IMG/VR virus record: IMGVR_UViG_3300025127_000025
Span: 3,162-67,161 of that record
Reading direction: 5' to 3' (one strand)
Length of the DNA: 64,000 nt
From: a virus
Shown here: positions 33,101 through 39,682 of the stretch, one piece after another
Layout of the letters: each line of letters starts with the position of its first letter
Position numbering within the stretch: the first letter of the stretch is position 1
Notes under the pieces: model-generated
What the model saw: the letters and a program-made list of their open reading frames with translations, nothing else
The model's database searches: none
Told to the model about the DNA's origin: nothing
Made by a program: the position numbers and the translations under genes

Positions 33101-36100
33101 GGGCGCCTGCACTTGCAAACAGCGGCAAGGAGCCTAACCTCAAAGTGCAGTTACCAGACCCCAACTCGATACCCGGCAACATAGTGGTGCGCTCAGGCTA
33201 CGACCCCATACAGGCATACCAGAACGAGACTATGGGCACTGGCGGTATGCATCACCCTGACTTGGGCTCATCGGTGTCAACTCACCTGTTCGACAACTCA
33301 GTGTCCAGCCCGAGACAAGGGCCGACATACGAGAATCACAACTGGGAGAGAATCAACCCAGTGTCATTCGACTCTGAACTGGGTGCTTGGAACAATAACT
33401 CACCACTCAACACAAGTTACGAACTCCATGACAGGACCCTGTACTTCCACGTGACGAAGATGGGTCACAGCCACTCACACAGGTACCCAGCAGTCTACAC
33501 ACACGCTGGTGGTGTCGAGAACGACGTAGTCTCAGTGACAGCATGGAACAGCAGCACAAGCGTCCTGACTATCGATGCGGTGTTGGACACTGATGTCTTT
33601 GCCGCTGGCTTCGGCACAGTGCAGGACACTAGGAAGTTCCTCAGGGTGTACAATCCCACTACCGACGAGGGTGCTGTGTGCTCCTACACCGCTCAAGGCA
33701 GCACTTCCATCACAGTGGTGGGTGATGTCAACTTCGCCACCTTCATGGCAGGGCAGACCGTCACTGACCTCAAGGTCGTCCCATCCTACTACATACCAGC
33801 AGGTAGCAATCGATTCTTCGCAGCAAGGAGGCTGAGGGACCATGCAGAGGTAAGCGGCAACTCCCCAGACATGGCCAACACCCTCTACCACGTCGCTGGG
33901 CAAACAGTTGGATTCGATGCTTACAGCAAACCCGTAATGACACCCATGCCATACCCCAGAATGGGGCATCATTTCGTCACACCGACAATGCCGATGCTAC
34001 CCGGTCATTGGGCACATCCAGCGTATCAAAGCCTCTACAGGCGTCATTTGGCCGATTTTAATTCGACAACCTCTTTCCATGACGCGGGTCTTTTCGACAA
34101 GCATACAACTGCAATCAACAAACTCTCAGGTGTTGAAACATCCTTGGGAACGTCTCTTGAGGACAATATCAAGCCACTTGACAGTGAGATAAACTTCAGT
34201 GGTGTAAACGCGGCCCCGTCGCTGCCCAGCGATATACACGGAGGCGCATTTACGTTGATGTTCGAGACGAGTGTCAAATATGATGGTTATGGTGTTCTAG
34301 CATCCTCTGATGGCTCTAGCACCACAAAAGCGGCCACAGTGAACAAAGCAGGGGGTCACAGCATTGTGCTGGAGGCTGCTAGTGAGTACACACTAGGTAG
34401 GCACTTCCCTGACCCTGCCGAGGTTGGAGCGTATCAAATTGTGATACAGCCCAACCTCTTCAACCACCAACTAGTGGGCTATCATAACAACTCAACCACT
34501 GAACTCACTAGCCAGCAGATAAACACGGTTATTGGCATCAAAAAGGACGCTGGGGACTCAGATGACAAGGGTGGACTCACTCTAGTGCTTGCAAAAGCCA
34601 CTAACGCAGACGTGCGGGGCTGTGAGGTCTTCATCAATGAGAAGATACTAGACGTCAGCAACGACCCCGGTAGCCAGTTCACCAACATACCACCGCTGAT
34701 GTCATACAACCACATAGGTGCGCAATTGACAGAAAGCCCCGCATTTACAAGAAGAGGATTCCCATATAGCAAAATGTTCAGCAATGCAACCCCTGCTCAC
34801 ACATTACACATACCATGGTGGAGCATATTGCACAAGAATGGTATACAATACGATGGAAGTGCAGTTTCAGAAGCCACAAACTTCAGAAAACTCACTCAAT
34901 ATAGCCCTGATGATTACTACTTATTCATGAGAAGCACCTTTGGTAGTGTGGGTAGTCAACTAACTATCAATGGATATACTTCACTATACTTAGATATATA
35001 CGATAAATATAGAAGAAGTGTCAGTATATCTCCAAAATGTATAGTACAATCATTCAATACTAGTGGAACTATAGTTGTAGATAATGCAAATACATTTCCA
35101 ATATTCCCATATTATGAACAAGTAGTGCAGTATACAGCCAAAAACGGCACTGTCTACTCCAAAGCGTTGGCTAGTGTGGATGGAAACACAGCAGCAACGG
35201 TAAATATCCCTAAAACGCTTAATTTAGCCGCTAAATCAGGTCTTGATGGCTTTTGGGACAATATGTTCAACGGTGCTATACTTACTTTAACATATAGTTA
35301 TGACACTTTACCCGCTGGTAATATAATTACAGATACAAGTAAAAGTGTATTTGCAAATATACTTCCAGATATAATTGATGGTAATCAAGATACAAACAGT
35401 AGATTCGTACCAGATGCTTTCCTATGTATGTGGCATCATAATCTAGGTAGGCCTAATACATACTTCTCAGACAATACTTCTCGCAGTTGGAAAGGTGCTC
35501 CTGTCAATAAGGCTCAGTACAATTCAATGCCTGAGCATTTCGAGACTATACACTACCATGATTTCACACACTCGATAAGCACCGGACCATTTGATTTCCT
35601 AATCAAGAGGCCTAATATTGATGGTGGAGGCACTGGTATTAGAGACGGGCAAGTTACATCTGGTAATAGCACACACGATGCTGGTGGTACAAACGTTATG
35701 CTAAGCGGTTTCTGGCCCTGTGGTAGCCGTGGGGGACCCCATGCAAGCAAACTAGACCTATATGGCATGGCAAGCGCATCTTGGAACGTACATGCTACAT
35801 CCACTAGTGCCAACTTCTCTTCTGCCGTAAATCTAGAGTGGAAAGATAGTGACGACGACGGGTCATATGCTGTGTCCTCAGGCATCACAACAAATACTAT
35901 GGCAACTACCAGAAGAAGGCCATATGGGCACCGTAACGCTGTACGGCAAGCCTATAACAGACCTAGATACGACCTATATCCACCCCGAGCACTGTATGAA
36001 GCAACCGCCTCAGGCTCTGGTCAAAACACCACGAACTACGATGCTGGGCCACTCGTGCAGACAGAAGCATACAGCAGTGGCTGGCTATACGGTGGTGGTG

Positions 36101-37917
36101 CAGGGGACAGCGCTGCGACCAAGGCTCTCACCTATGTCGGTGTGATGGAGAGACAGACGAACTTCACAGGTATGCTCAATCAAGACCAAGAGGGCTGGCA
36201 GGTGAGGTACAGCGATGGTCGTAGGATGACCAGACCGTTCGGCACCCCTGTTCGTACAATACGCAACCCGACAGGCGTTGAGAGGGACTGGTGGGGAGAT
36301 ATCGAAGGAAAGGGCATTACAAGTCTCTCCATAGCCTCTCAGCACTATCTGGTGGATTGGTGGGGCAATGAGCGTGGAGAGGACGTAAGGCGCACTCCAG
36401 TGCGTGGATTCGGTATCAGGCCCTCATGGGACTGTGCGGATGCATACGACATCGGCACCAATAGCGCTTACGCTAGAATATACAACAGTGGCAAACCACT
36501 CTTCAACCTCAAGGGAATCGCTGATTTGACGAATGGCAACATCTCAGTCACCACCAATTACACCATACCGAGATTCGGGGGTGTGTTAAACAGCAAGAAC
36601 AACAACAGCACCACCACGTTAGTTGATGTGTTCTCACCAGTTCACTCACTGCGCATAGGGGACATGGGTAACGGCAGGGGCGTCAGATACCCCACCGCAT
36701 TCAACGAGAGCCTACTGACGGAGATATCGTCCCCTAACCACAAAACAGGCATCGTCTTGAGTCACAACACCGCTGAACCGCTCTTCGGTGATGGTCTGTT
36801 ACGCCCCCGTAACGATGTACTGCAAGCCGATGAGGTCAAAAGAGGCATAAGCGCTAAACTGGGAATAGACGACAATGGTCTGTTGAAATCCGAGGCAACT
36901 GTGAGTGACAGGGTCGAAGAGGTGTCAGGCACGACAGTCCACAAGGACCCGGTATCCAGAACGAGCCCGAGGATTGGAATCGATGCAGAGGTGGTTGAAG
37001 GTGTGGAGCAGAGCCATGTGGTAATCAACACCGAGGCCCACAGCCTTCACACCGACAGAAACGTCGGTCAGAGGGTCGTGCTACAGGGCTCCATGCAAAT
37101 AGAGGGCTCATTGACCGATGCCAACTACAACACCATGTCCTTCAGCAGGCAGACGGCAGGCTCAACCCTGAGCGCTGCTCACAAGTACTCCCACACCAAT
37201 GCGTTCAGACCATACGGTGGCTCGTACATCATAGAGACCAAGAGTTACTCAGGGTTGTTCGATGACACTGGCTGGGGTGTTGCGTCTCTGACCGGTAGCA
37301 ATGACACCAGCAACCCATACCAAGACGCCACCAATTACACCTCTGACACTGTTAGGAACAATGAAGATGACAGAATCGTCAAGTTTGTCCTAAGACCAAT
37401 CAGGGTGCTGGATGCAAATCACGTAGAGGTATACAGAATACACAACTCACTTCATAGCAACTCACCGCAATACAAGCAAAACTACCTACACGCCACATCC
37501 GGTGGTAAGTACGGTATCTTCACCTATGAGACGCCTAACGGTAGAGCACCAACTGCCAACCTGTCATCGGGCAGAGCCGTGCCTGATACCAACGGCCCGT
37601 ATCTACCTATATTCACGTTCGACTCGACAGGTGCGTTTGAGACCCCAACCTCGATGGGGCCTAAGTTACTAGGCTCTGAGGTCTCTGGTTTCAGCAATGC
37701 CCTTTCGACTGACGTGTCAAGACTCATCATCACGGAGAACACCCTTCAGCATCACAGGTCCGATGCGCCTAGAAGGAGGGTGGAGAAGGAGACGGATGAT
37801 GAAACGACAAGGAGCGACTTCACGGTAAAACCGAGGTTCAGTCAGTCCTTGCACAACAAAGGTCACAAGGGAGACGTGTCGTTCAACGTAACTGACCATA
37901 GCGGAGATGGTGCTTGA
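21127..37917 (+). CDS. giant tail-tip/adhesion protein (5596 aa) with N-terminal LamG/concanavalin-like domain
   Basis: 16.8-kb uninterrupted ORF. N-terminus FFNG.TDSI...ITIEAWV.P...HVVAAV...LYVNG...FIGG...FRGTM is LamG-like. Ser/Thr/Gly-rich and located in the tail module. Confidence 0.8.
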   Translation: MTVITRKNHAMFFNGITDSIVVPEGAFSTLGEKTTQDTYDVRNILSPDAPLSYRSQGATSGAFNGYITIEAWVIPDCGGTIIEKEGQFRLSLGNVDTPGPAVFVAHLTGDQGDTTVTLTTANEESNRYEGTVYPHIEYQGVQDSYNRFVSGSDDATDLNRNHRPLIHVVAAVRPSAVELYVNGAMVASKSTKDKGLTLRSSSHRTFIGGEGGRFRGTMEGIHLSAAFSPTMVDGNGPYLDAETLLLYRFEEPISPIEGVFTFSSIANNSTTMDGVSVTISQISMSSTDATTLAKSLTGLSTVSGNYVFSKDSTGVHKYSSGDYKVLDYQSGSLSTHAISHTPYNLLINPDGIDPDTKAPNSKPPERVRLHSINVDTGNLLVSSIHLDFASSTNGMIPALHTRSTGVDNHFVVVSSDLLLDSATGNPYQPPHFTSQIIDRTGQMVIDESEFQNHGFVYSSAMATTSSDSNNPFAVTWPTTVDEAYQIGHSGRHTKNHVEGHCYLRMLPKSSEEIIDQRADGSADVIEIIYDEVQTGIHNRVSMNSVVDVYREFGNMEVVNVVDSSTVTVAFNSYNNTTSPPAGKRKLIAIGGPSFDYTPFALKGPIPPFQVYDSDDAQTHISDDIRKYHVKPSKESRVAILHVPRLTQLTPTLAPFVEIHYNAIDLTGASMSGTVQPLLMVEKTVPSSDTLVSGSEYVYDAIINSIASGHTLFAPGGYIDVDTEEINVGDELLYDHSLVGDTSEGFSSDDEVDESLTPANYTPRNNSDSIQNQTPGVILESTSTTGDHDSVFHRLYLNQVKNTKIMADKGSYDRLEPDVTPNSPAAGQFDTGTVTSATPIYEMYDVIDNFTVTGNNSADMRIILQPTDRRRSMLLSNVNISGVLNRVSILYMMSRAKVRSIDETVGEQGGIEGIRCVGVADSIVSRRIDFTGKGSPDSHIVKEIEPNAPVVTVSLGGPGQGAMDTRPVFQKSILAHESYSTRRSYSVTAHQLDVNWTSGAATLHVKPLNNESTDLASWGTYGFPRYGRIHLPDGSSAKYDSKTGSTFVFSAASASTLDFLSSDGTSHLAVGKLLNATGFMVGPTSGTSVTINGNFTVFSEADFGDESDLENGTTLNDRMHQSLNDVQHDYQLGTQYASTRAIAEIPLFSEQFFHDSIGPGNAFKIHVDATHTAHTYNPSPVGRRFKSENELADREAKSAFSIALQNREYLDSTFAVKWDAVNKRLYVNNINIFPDSTTSTATYKGVTTAYRYRKVHLANGEWSWYTSVNTSDGYLQLLDATYGQSPNFFESLAVGISVFINDAGIDSSLIPISSDEFTPSSDFENRDEYYHDAASVKTQGGNVDYGLRQYVSAVEFKAGPESNPHAPRVDVKRATGKVLTATVTRLTGVPEQAVTITLSEEDFAKFPDLGYDTLANAPSSVGDLGYEVQYDDNGTVYSYQYHGHIKTINSVATPKNSITLVFQTSGATYPLVDTGVLINRTALGGGSYAQGTTGAMIVDGVDATTIFTVGDLLFQSDGSSAGEITAVSSTAVTVGGGTTNGAFQDNEELKAAQGFPEGVKITLTSKRRSILGTSVTTEVSDGSQYYRELKNSLNITDVTVTAQSADSSSPFEITVDGASGKNVNDLHGTNVKKDDVLYYLEDTSTDKIRRIGVVSEVESADANGTQIINMTAATPVIPSNAKLAVWMGDYEERDAVLNATWLNPYSAGGFRDGDTVWANMSYNNPHAVEGLFAKSRGVYNESQVWNAFNGGAGELDTTNPRDSIPLENFMIGNTCLETARNYVQHVNRTVEENYLALGLTASQAPTVAFIDPYLSNDDHARVLLYDVAHDKEFIAFQDIHMQVQTSPDAVQIGWPKEVVEDGGSTRSRLHKVNAVYNGAGPSPWTTQIDVTNGFLSQNPYIRSTQQSKFIESAYAHDLSNRHTEDLLDSTTFDNQSVDFPTDGRSIAGARLYGKSHGHYVHTGYSYGGAVDGLRNGYSLTPRTNDSVSLHKIADPLHDFTRIPVDAVDSYTDSLIDLRKGTSNCTFRDPATFFDTPDGTRVIPAFLCLKGIRNTSLDLSSHEETRLQHLPQWKDMGFVRRLTIDLGEVAEKDGVVNTLSGAEEVVRMINQHAALNARLLSGSAHDPAPFWHTDNGDRGTHMGYIRAHIGREVQDLNGDVGFTVVLHSTVPGASGRNFCAWLDNSTGQTSYQPQFLVGHGGRWRNFWALPDEREGENMHPAPMPLDKNGRPFAPITTLQQYVTSIESGEDIRSVADFEDTSVMRAVSDSISGKNHNSINVESLDIKGSSSSLVRGLRTGPSALARVNFGGLVASGVPGFAPDAGSWGFGFNGESKFNNRYGTTSTSTYSSHVPTSQVSQDAVGTGQIYGLSLTDNLGRQNTLRYIYRTMGESFSNSNTSLPDTIEEEVCIFIDDRDVSQGGFTLGSAMSGSGDATGRMSFSAVSEVLGSWRGAKWRGVAAPNAATLVTAVLSSETLSITFVAPFDASFTDDKLGYLGFPKEDGIIQISDYDGAGNANVGLTLSYTHRSETVFYGVTGVSSLTSTSYLISSVLNQTTLVTDELLAAVTAAAINAGDEVNTLNGHTFDCTNMYAFDGKTFGEWGVSPNAIKIRAYNPNKRVKPLNLSYNASMFRDLGIQAAHLEFGEVEKVTRPTGTASYAFGTSRAVTDANIDASRNIDCGYVPYTVLQIRTIAKGPMGNTASPNLVDSKNVVLNTNKWSRGLKGMDYTRYSGDHILPSIDNPHSIYTTGFSTVSAVTVDGEFAEGHTGAIAIDGGNSNVFTVGDLIVDAADRVLGRVTATNTTSSFSIDELRVSIADTLNITRRKAIAETTKDWQSTVTLGANMFQFLIPACTDTTGSRIPSFGERKRIYLTDEKSIVAESKVGTNAATELSWDIDDSNNMPREITFEGNILSTHFDPEFNGLRSIGSVFSEPIVHFRGGKSSRDHSVPLFFGGGFSGVVLDVNDGTTNDYSSFYTHPYANGPTGVSGIQNASEISTSFAMLDTNAMFAFFPGAALCNQHRGSITPPVFNKQNILSPDLNRASSTYSSGVVKAKPVPMVLRFAHPTARYEDHVNSIDSKTTYLIFGPGQAFPFTNEAALDSESGTTNAKEPYPGRIITSGSTWASVPFKGGYSSLGNDQQLFPNSIENSRHSFLPPRKDYYSTTAGFHWRAMVNWESPAGYTMKEELKQVPEHGRHYGQQLNDDTPYDANDLTRVTPKMHTPTIGFGITMAADTVWHMDGGYHPGGSWLDNQLTFNPPHKGKSDSRVLSSNWERANQIHPTAFRVAGPLTDRILDYVGNGSEAVVSGDVDMEYIVVDATRCQNGEELATVLGAAINAFPGAGSLKALGGTHMPSMGNAMRQDRYGWRHLGTLDEYNDSSSTGNYIDSEFNDGDGTTFTQEYLEQLPTSGWLRAIKESNGAVAWVPYHSREVLNESSSNWKVRFYMAPNRIHGQSKAEDPQTWEDFIGGASADFAAVDDTYTLYVWSKAGTLRFNNENVSGRDHMTQVHFSGIADAVDRTRPIGAIGWHGERYSYLNSLKITKNTSGTGYAAGLGAYHPMLNFSPYGTAGTVMNTHSNVPVVAPMRNSPESTPTIDGIGIYVGTHVKKANFYTKYNLTTGSGGAYDTYTYAFTHTEDTTNDANQWNVPTNYIDNTPLPKELTLPQGLYTSAFLVVSYDSESSLVAKFDRDGITANGDWLQVIGQGTDPITYAGNTQWDERFHGQDRFIAPANAGPNVEALIVDSTTVPIVSNPASGGSSNWAATTFSGIGNYFHGDAGNNTAQSDELELKNAVPGLNKIGDLLFDLDHSVGSVLLESGDAERNTSADSYTVAHTNNWPSRYWMGDVNAFQMYENSAVHNFSVENVVWKRMDGGNLSLPAVNARGLGAVPWVTRVKSNAAILTGEKLYGNVRFSFETTNSAMMPVLQAQELSHPEFARKHPYKVGNVLDIPNEEVQFQSINVRDDSGQMHKIEGGSPLGTIIRGFRVPENRGVDGRAPALANSGKEPNLKVQLPDPNSIPGNIVVRSGYDPIQAYQNETMGTGGMHHPDLGSSVSTHLFDNSVSSPRQGPTYENHNWERINPVSFDSELGAWNNNSPLNTSYELHDRTLYFHVTKMGHSHSHRYPAVYTHAGGVENDVVSVTAWNSSTSVLTIDAVLDTDVFAAGFGTVQDTRKFLRVYNPTTDEGAVCSYTAQGSTSITVVGDVNFATFMAGQTVTDLKVVPSYYIPAGSNRFFAARRLRDHAEVSGNSPDMANTLYHVAGQTVGFDAYSKPVMTPMPYPRMGHHFVTPTMPMLPGHWAHPAYQSLYRRHLADFNSTTSFHDAGLFDKHTTAINKLSGVETSLGTSLEDNIKPLDSEINFSGVNAAPSLPSDIHGGAFTLMFETSVKYDGYGVLASSDGSSTTKAATVNKAGGHSIVLEAASEYTLGRHFPDPAEVGAYQIVIQPNLFNHQLVGYHNNSTTELTSQQINTVIGIKKDAGDSDDKGGLTLVLAKATNADVRGCEVFINEKILDVSNDPGSQFTNIPPLMSYNHIGAQLTESPAFTRRGFPYSKMFSNATPAHTLHIPWWSILHKNGIQYDGSAVSEATNFRKLTQYSPDDYYLFMRSTFGSVGSQLTINGYTSLYLDIYDKYRRSVSISPKCIVQSFNTSGTIVVDNANTFPIFPYYEQVVQYTAKNGTVYSKALASVDGNTAATVNIPKTLNLAAKSGLDGFWDNMFNGAILTLTYSYDTLPAGNIITDTSKSVFANILPDIIDGNQDTNSRFVPDAFLCMWHHNLGRPNTYFSDNTSRSWKGAPVNKAQYNSMPEHFETIHYHDFTHSISTGPFDFLIKRPNIDGGGTGIRDGQVTSGNSTHDAGGTNVMLSGFWPCGSRGGPHASKLDLYGMASASWNVHATSTSANFSSAVNLEWKDSDDDGSYAVSSGITTNTMATTRRRPYGHRNAVRQAYNRPRYDLYPPRALYEATASGSGQNTTNYDAGPLVQTEAYSSGWLYGGGAGDSAATKALTYVGVMERQTNFTGMLNQDQEGWQVRYSDGRRMTRPFGTPVRTIRNPTGVERDWWGDIEGKGITSLSIASQHYLVDWWGNERGEDVRRTPVRGFGIRPSWDCADAYDIGTNSAYARIYNSGKPLFNLKGIADLTNGNISVTTNYTIPRFGGVLNSKNNNSTTTLVDVFSPVHSLRIGDMGNGRGVRYPTAFNESLLTEISSPNHKTGIVLSHNTAEPLFGDGLLRPRNDVLQADEVKRGISAKLGIDDNGLLKSEATVSDRVEEVSGTTVHKDPVSRTSPRIGIDAEVVEGVEQSHVVINTEAHSLHTDRNVGQRVVLQGSMQIEGSLTDANYNTMSFSRQTAGSTLSAAHKYSHTNAFRPYGGSYIIETKSYSGLFDDTGWGVASLTGSNDTSNPYQDATNYTSDTVRNNEDDRIVKFVLRPIRVLDANHVEVYRIHNSLHSNSPQYKQNYLHATSGGKYGIFTYETPNGRAPTANLSSGRAVPDTNGPYLPIFTFDSTGAFETPTSMGPKLLGSEVSGFSNALSTDVSRLIITENTLQHHRSDAPRRRVEKETDDETTRSDFTVKPRFSQSLHNKGHKGDVSFNVTDHSGDGA

Positions 37918-39347
37918 TGGGTTTGATACAGTCCTCGAAAGGGAGATTCGACAGCACTCTCACTGATGTCATGAATGACTTGAGGCAGCCTGTGTTTGTC
38001 GACAATGCCGTACACTATGCTAAGGTCCAACCCAAGAGCAATGCGAAGTCCCTTGTCACGATTGAGGCAGTCAATGCCGATAACTACGAGATTGCATCTG
38101 AGAGAACATACTCGTTCACAGAATCTGAGTCTACCATATTGCTCACTCACACAGAGACGGACGGGCACACCCTGAGGTCCGATGTGTTCTCTAGCAAGGG
38201 CAAGAACAGCATCACCAAACTACTCTTCAGTGAGAATGACCAGAAGAAGAGGATTCTCACAAGCACCACGACAAGCACAGCGTCTGGACTCAGAGCGGAC
38301 ATGCGTAACATGAAAGGAGTCACGCTCAGGGACTTAGGTTTCGATGATACGAGGGTTAGACTCGGTCAGGGCATTGACGTAGGCTTCCGCACCACCGACT
38401 TGGCAATTAGGGTAGGTGAGTCAATCACTGACTCCCTGAACGCTGTAACGATAGGCTCCCCTACCACCGTGACAAAGATGGGGGCTAACAGACGTAAGAA
38501 CAGCAATACGTTCTTGGCCGCTGACTTCAATGGTGTCAACCTCGTGACAGCACTGAGGTACATATCCAGACACGACAACCGAGTGGTGAAACTAGACAGA
38601 TTCGGCAATCTAAACTACGTGCCCTTCAATCATGCAGATGTGACTAGGAGCGTAATCTACAATCTGAGATTCGGTAACAAGGACACAACACCGATTGAGA
38701 ACGTCGAAAACAGAATCACTGTCAAGGGCATTCCGATAGCGGTTAATGAGGAACTGGTATTCACCATGGATGACAGAAGCAAGCAACAGGGCCTGAACGA
38801 TGTCGATATCATAGAAAACACCAGACCCCTGTTCGACGCATCAATCACGAACCTAACAAGAGCAAAGACAGTTGCAAGACAGATACTCAGAGCCAACTCG
38901 ACCTTGAAGGGCAAGATAAGCAGCCAAGGGCACCCCAATGCATGGGAGTTGAGACCCGGTGATGTCGTCGAGTACGAGGGACAGAGGTTGGCTGTATTAG
39001 AGTGCAGACACACCATAGACGGATTGAGCAACTTCACTTTCCTCAATGTGGAATCTGGTCTTGAGGGTGTCCTACAGAATATCAGGGAGGGTAGCATAAC
39101 CGTCTCATCCCTAACCAACCCAGAGAAGTCAAATCAAATCTCATCAGAGAACTTTTCTTTCTTCGATGCCATGGAGGTTATCATAACACCGACCGTCATA
39201 GTGTACACAACCAATGAGTCCGGATTCCTGATTGGCCGAAATAGCGATAGGGGGAGATTAGGTGGCAACAACAAAGTCATAGGCATGGCGAAAGATGAAG
39301 GAGTCACAATCACAGAAACGGAGGGAATAGAATATGCCAGCAAATGA
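37917..39347 (+). CDS. putative baseplate hub/tail-tip protein
   Basis: ALRYISRHDNR.VKLDRFGNL, NRITVKG, A..VARQIL and WELRPGDVV resemble phage hub/Tal-type patterns; TGATG coupling. Confidence 0.6.
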   Translation: MGLIQSSKGRFDSTLTDVMNDLRQPVFVDNAVHYAKVQPKSNAKSLVTIEAVNADNYEIASERTYSFTESESTILLTHTETDGHTLRSDVFSSKGKNSITKLLFSENDQKKRILTSTTTSTASGLRADMRNMKGVTLRDLGFDDTRVRLGQGIDVGFRTTDLAIRVGESITDSLNAVTIGSPTTVTKMGANRRKNSNTFLAADFNGVNLVTALRYISRHDNRVVKLDRFGNLNYVPFNHADVTRSVIYNLRFGNKDTTPIENVENRITVKGIPIAVNEELVFTMDDRSKQQGLNDVDIIENTRPLFDASITNLTRAKTVARQILRANSTLKGKISSQGHPNAWELRPGDVVEYEGQRLAVLECRHTIDGLSNFTFLNVESGLEGVLQNIREGSITVSSLTNPEKSNQISSENFSFFDAMEVIITPTVIVYTTNESGFLIGRNSDRGRLGGNNKVIGMAKDEGVTITETEGIEYASK

Positions 39348-39678
39348 CCATCTAAAGAGACTGATGATAGAGACTATCGCTGACAACATCAACGAGATGG
39401 TCATAGGCTTTGACAGCACACCCGCTACTTCATCCGATGGCGCAGCAGGCAGACCCGCTGTAACGGTCACACCTACCGTTAGGATAATGGACAACTCCAC
39501 TCTTCTAGTCGAGGGTTCACTACCGGTCTCTGAGAGTTTCAACGAGACGCTCAAAGAGGTGTTCATACAGTTGAGGGGCACGAGCGACTTTACACCAATC
39601 TCAAGACACGTATTCAGGCCTATTAAGAAGACAAGCACAAATGAAATTATATTCCAACTCGTAGTGGAGGTCAAGTGA
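39334..39678 (+). CDS. small baseplate/fibre-attachment protein
   Basis: EMVIG...LKEV...RHVFRPIKKTS..EIIFQ resembles the N-terminal attachment domain of tail fibres. Confidence 0.5.
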   Translation: MPANDHLKRLMIETIADNINEMVIGFDSTPATSSDGAAGRPAVTVTPTVRIMDNSTLLVEGSLPVSESFNETLKEVFIQLRGTSDFTPISRHVFRPIKKTSTNEIIFQLVVEVK

Positions 39679-39682
39679 TAGC

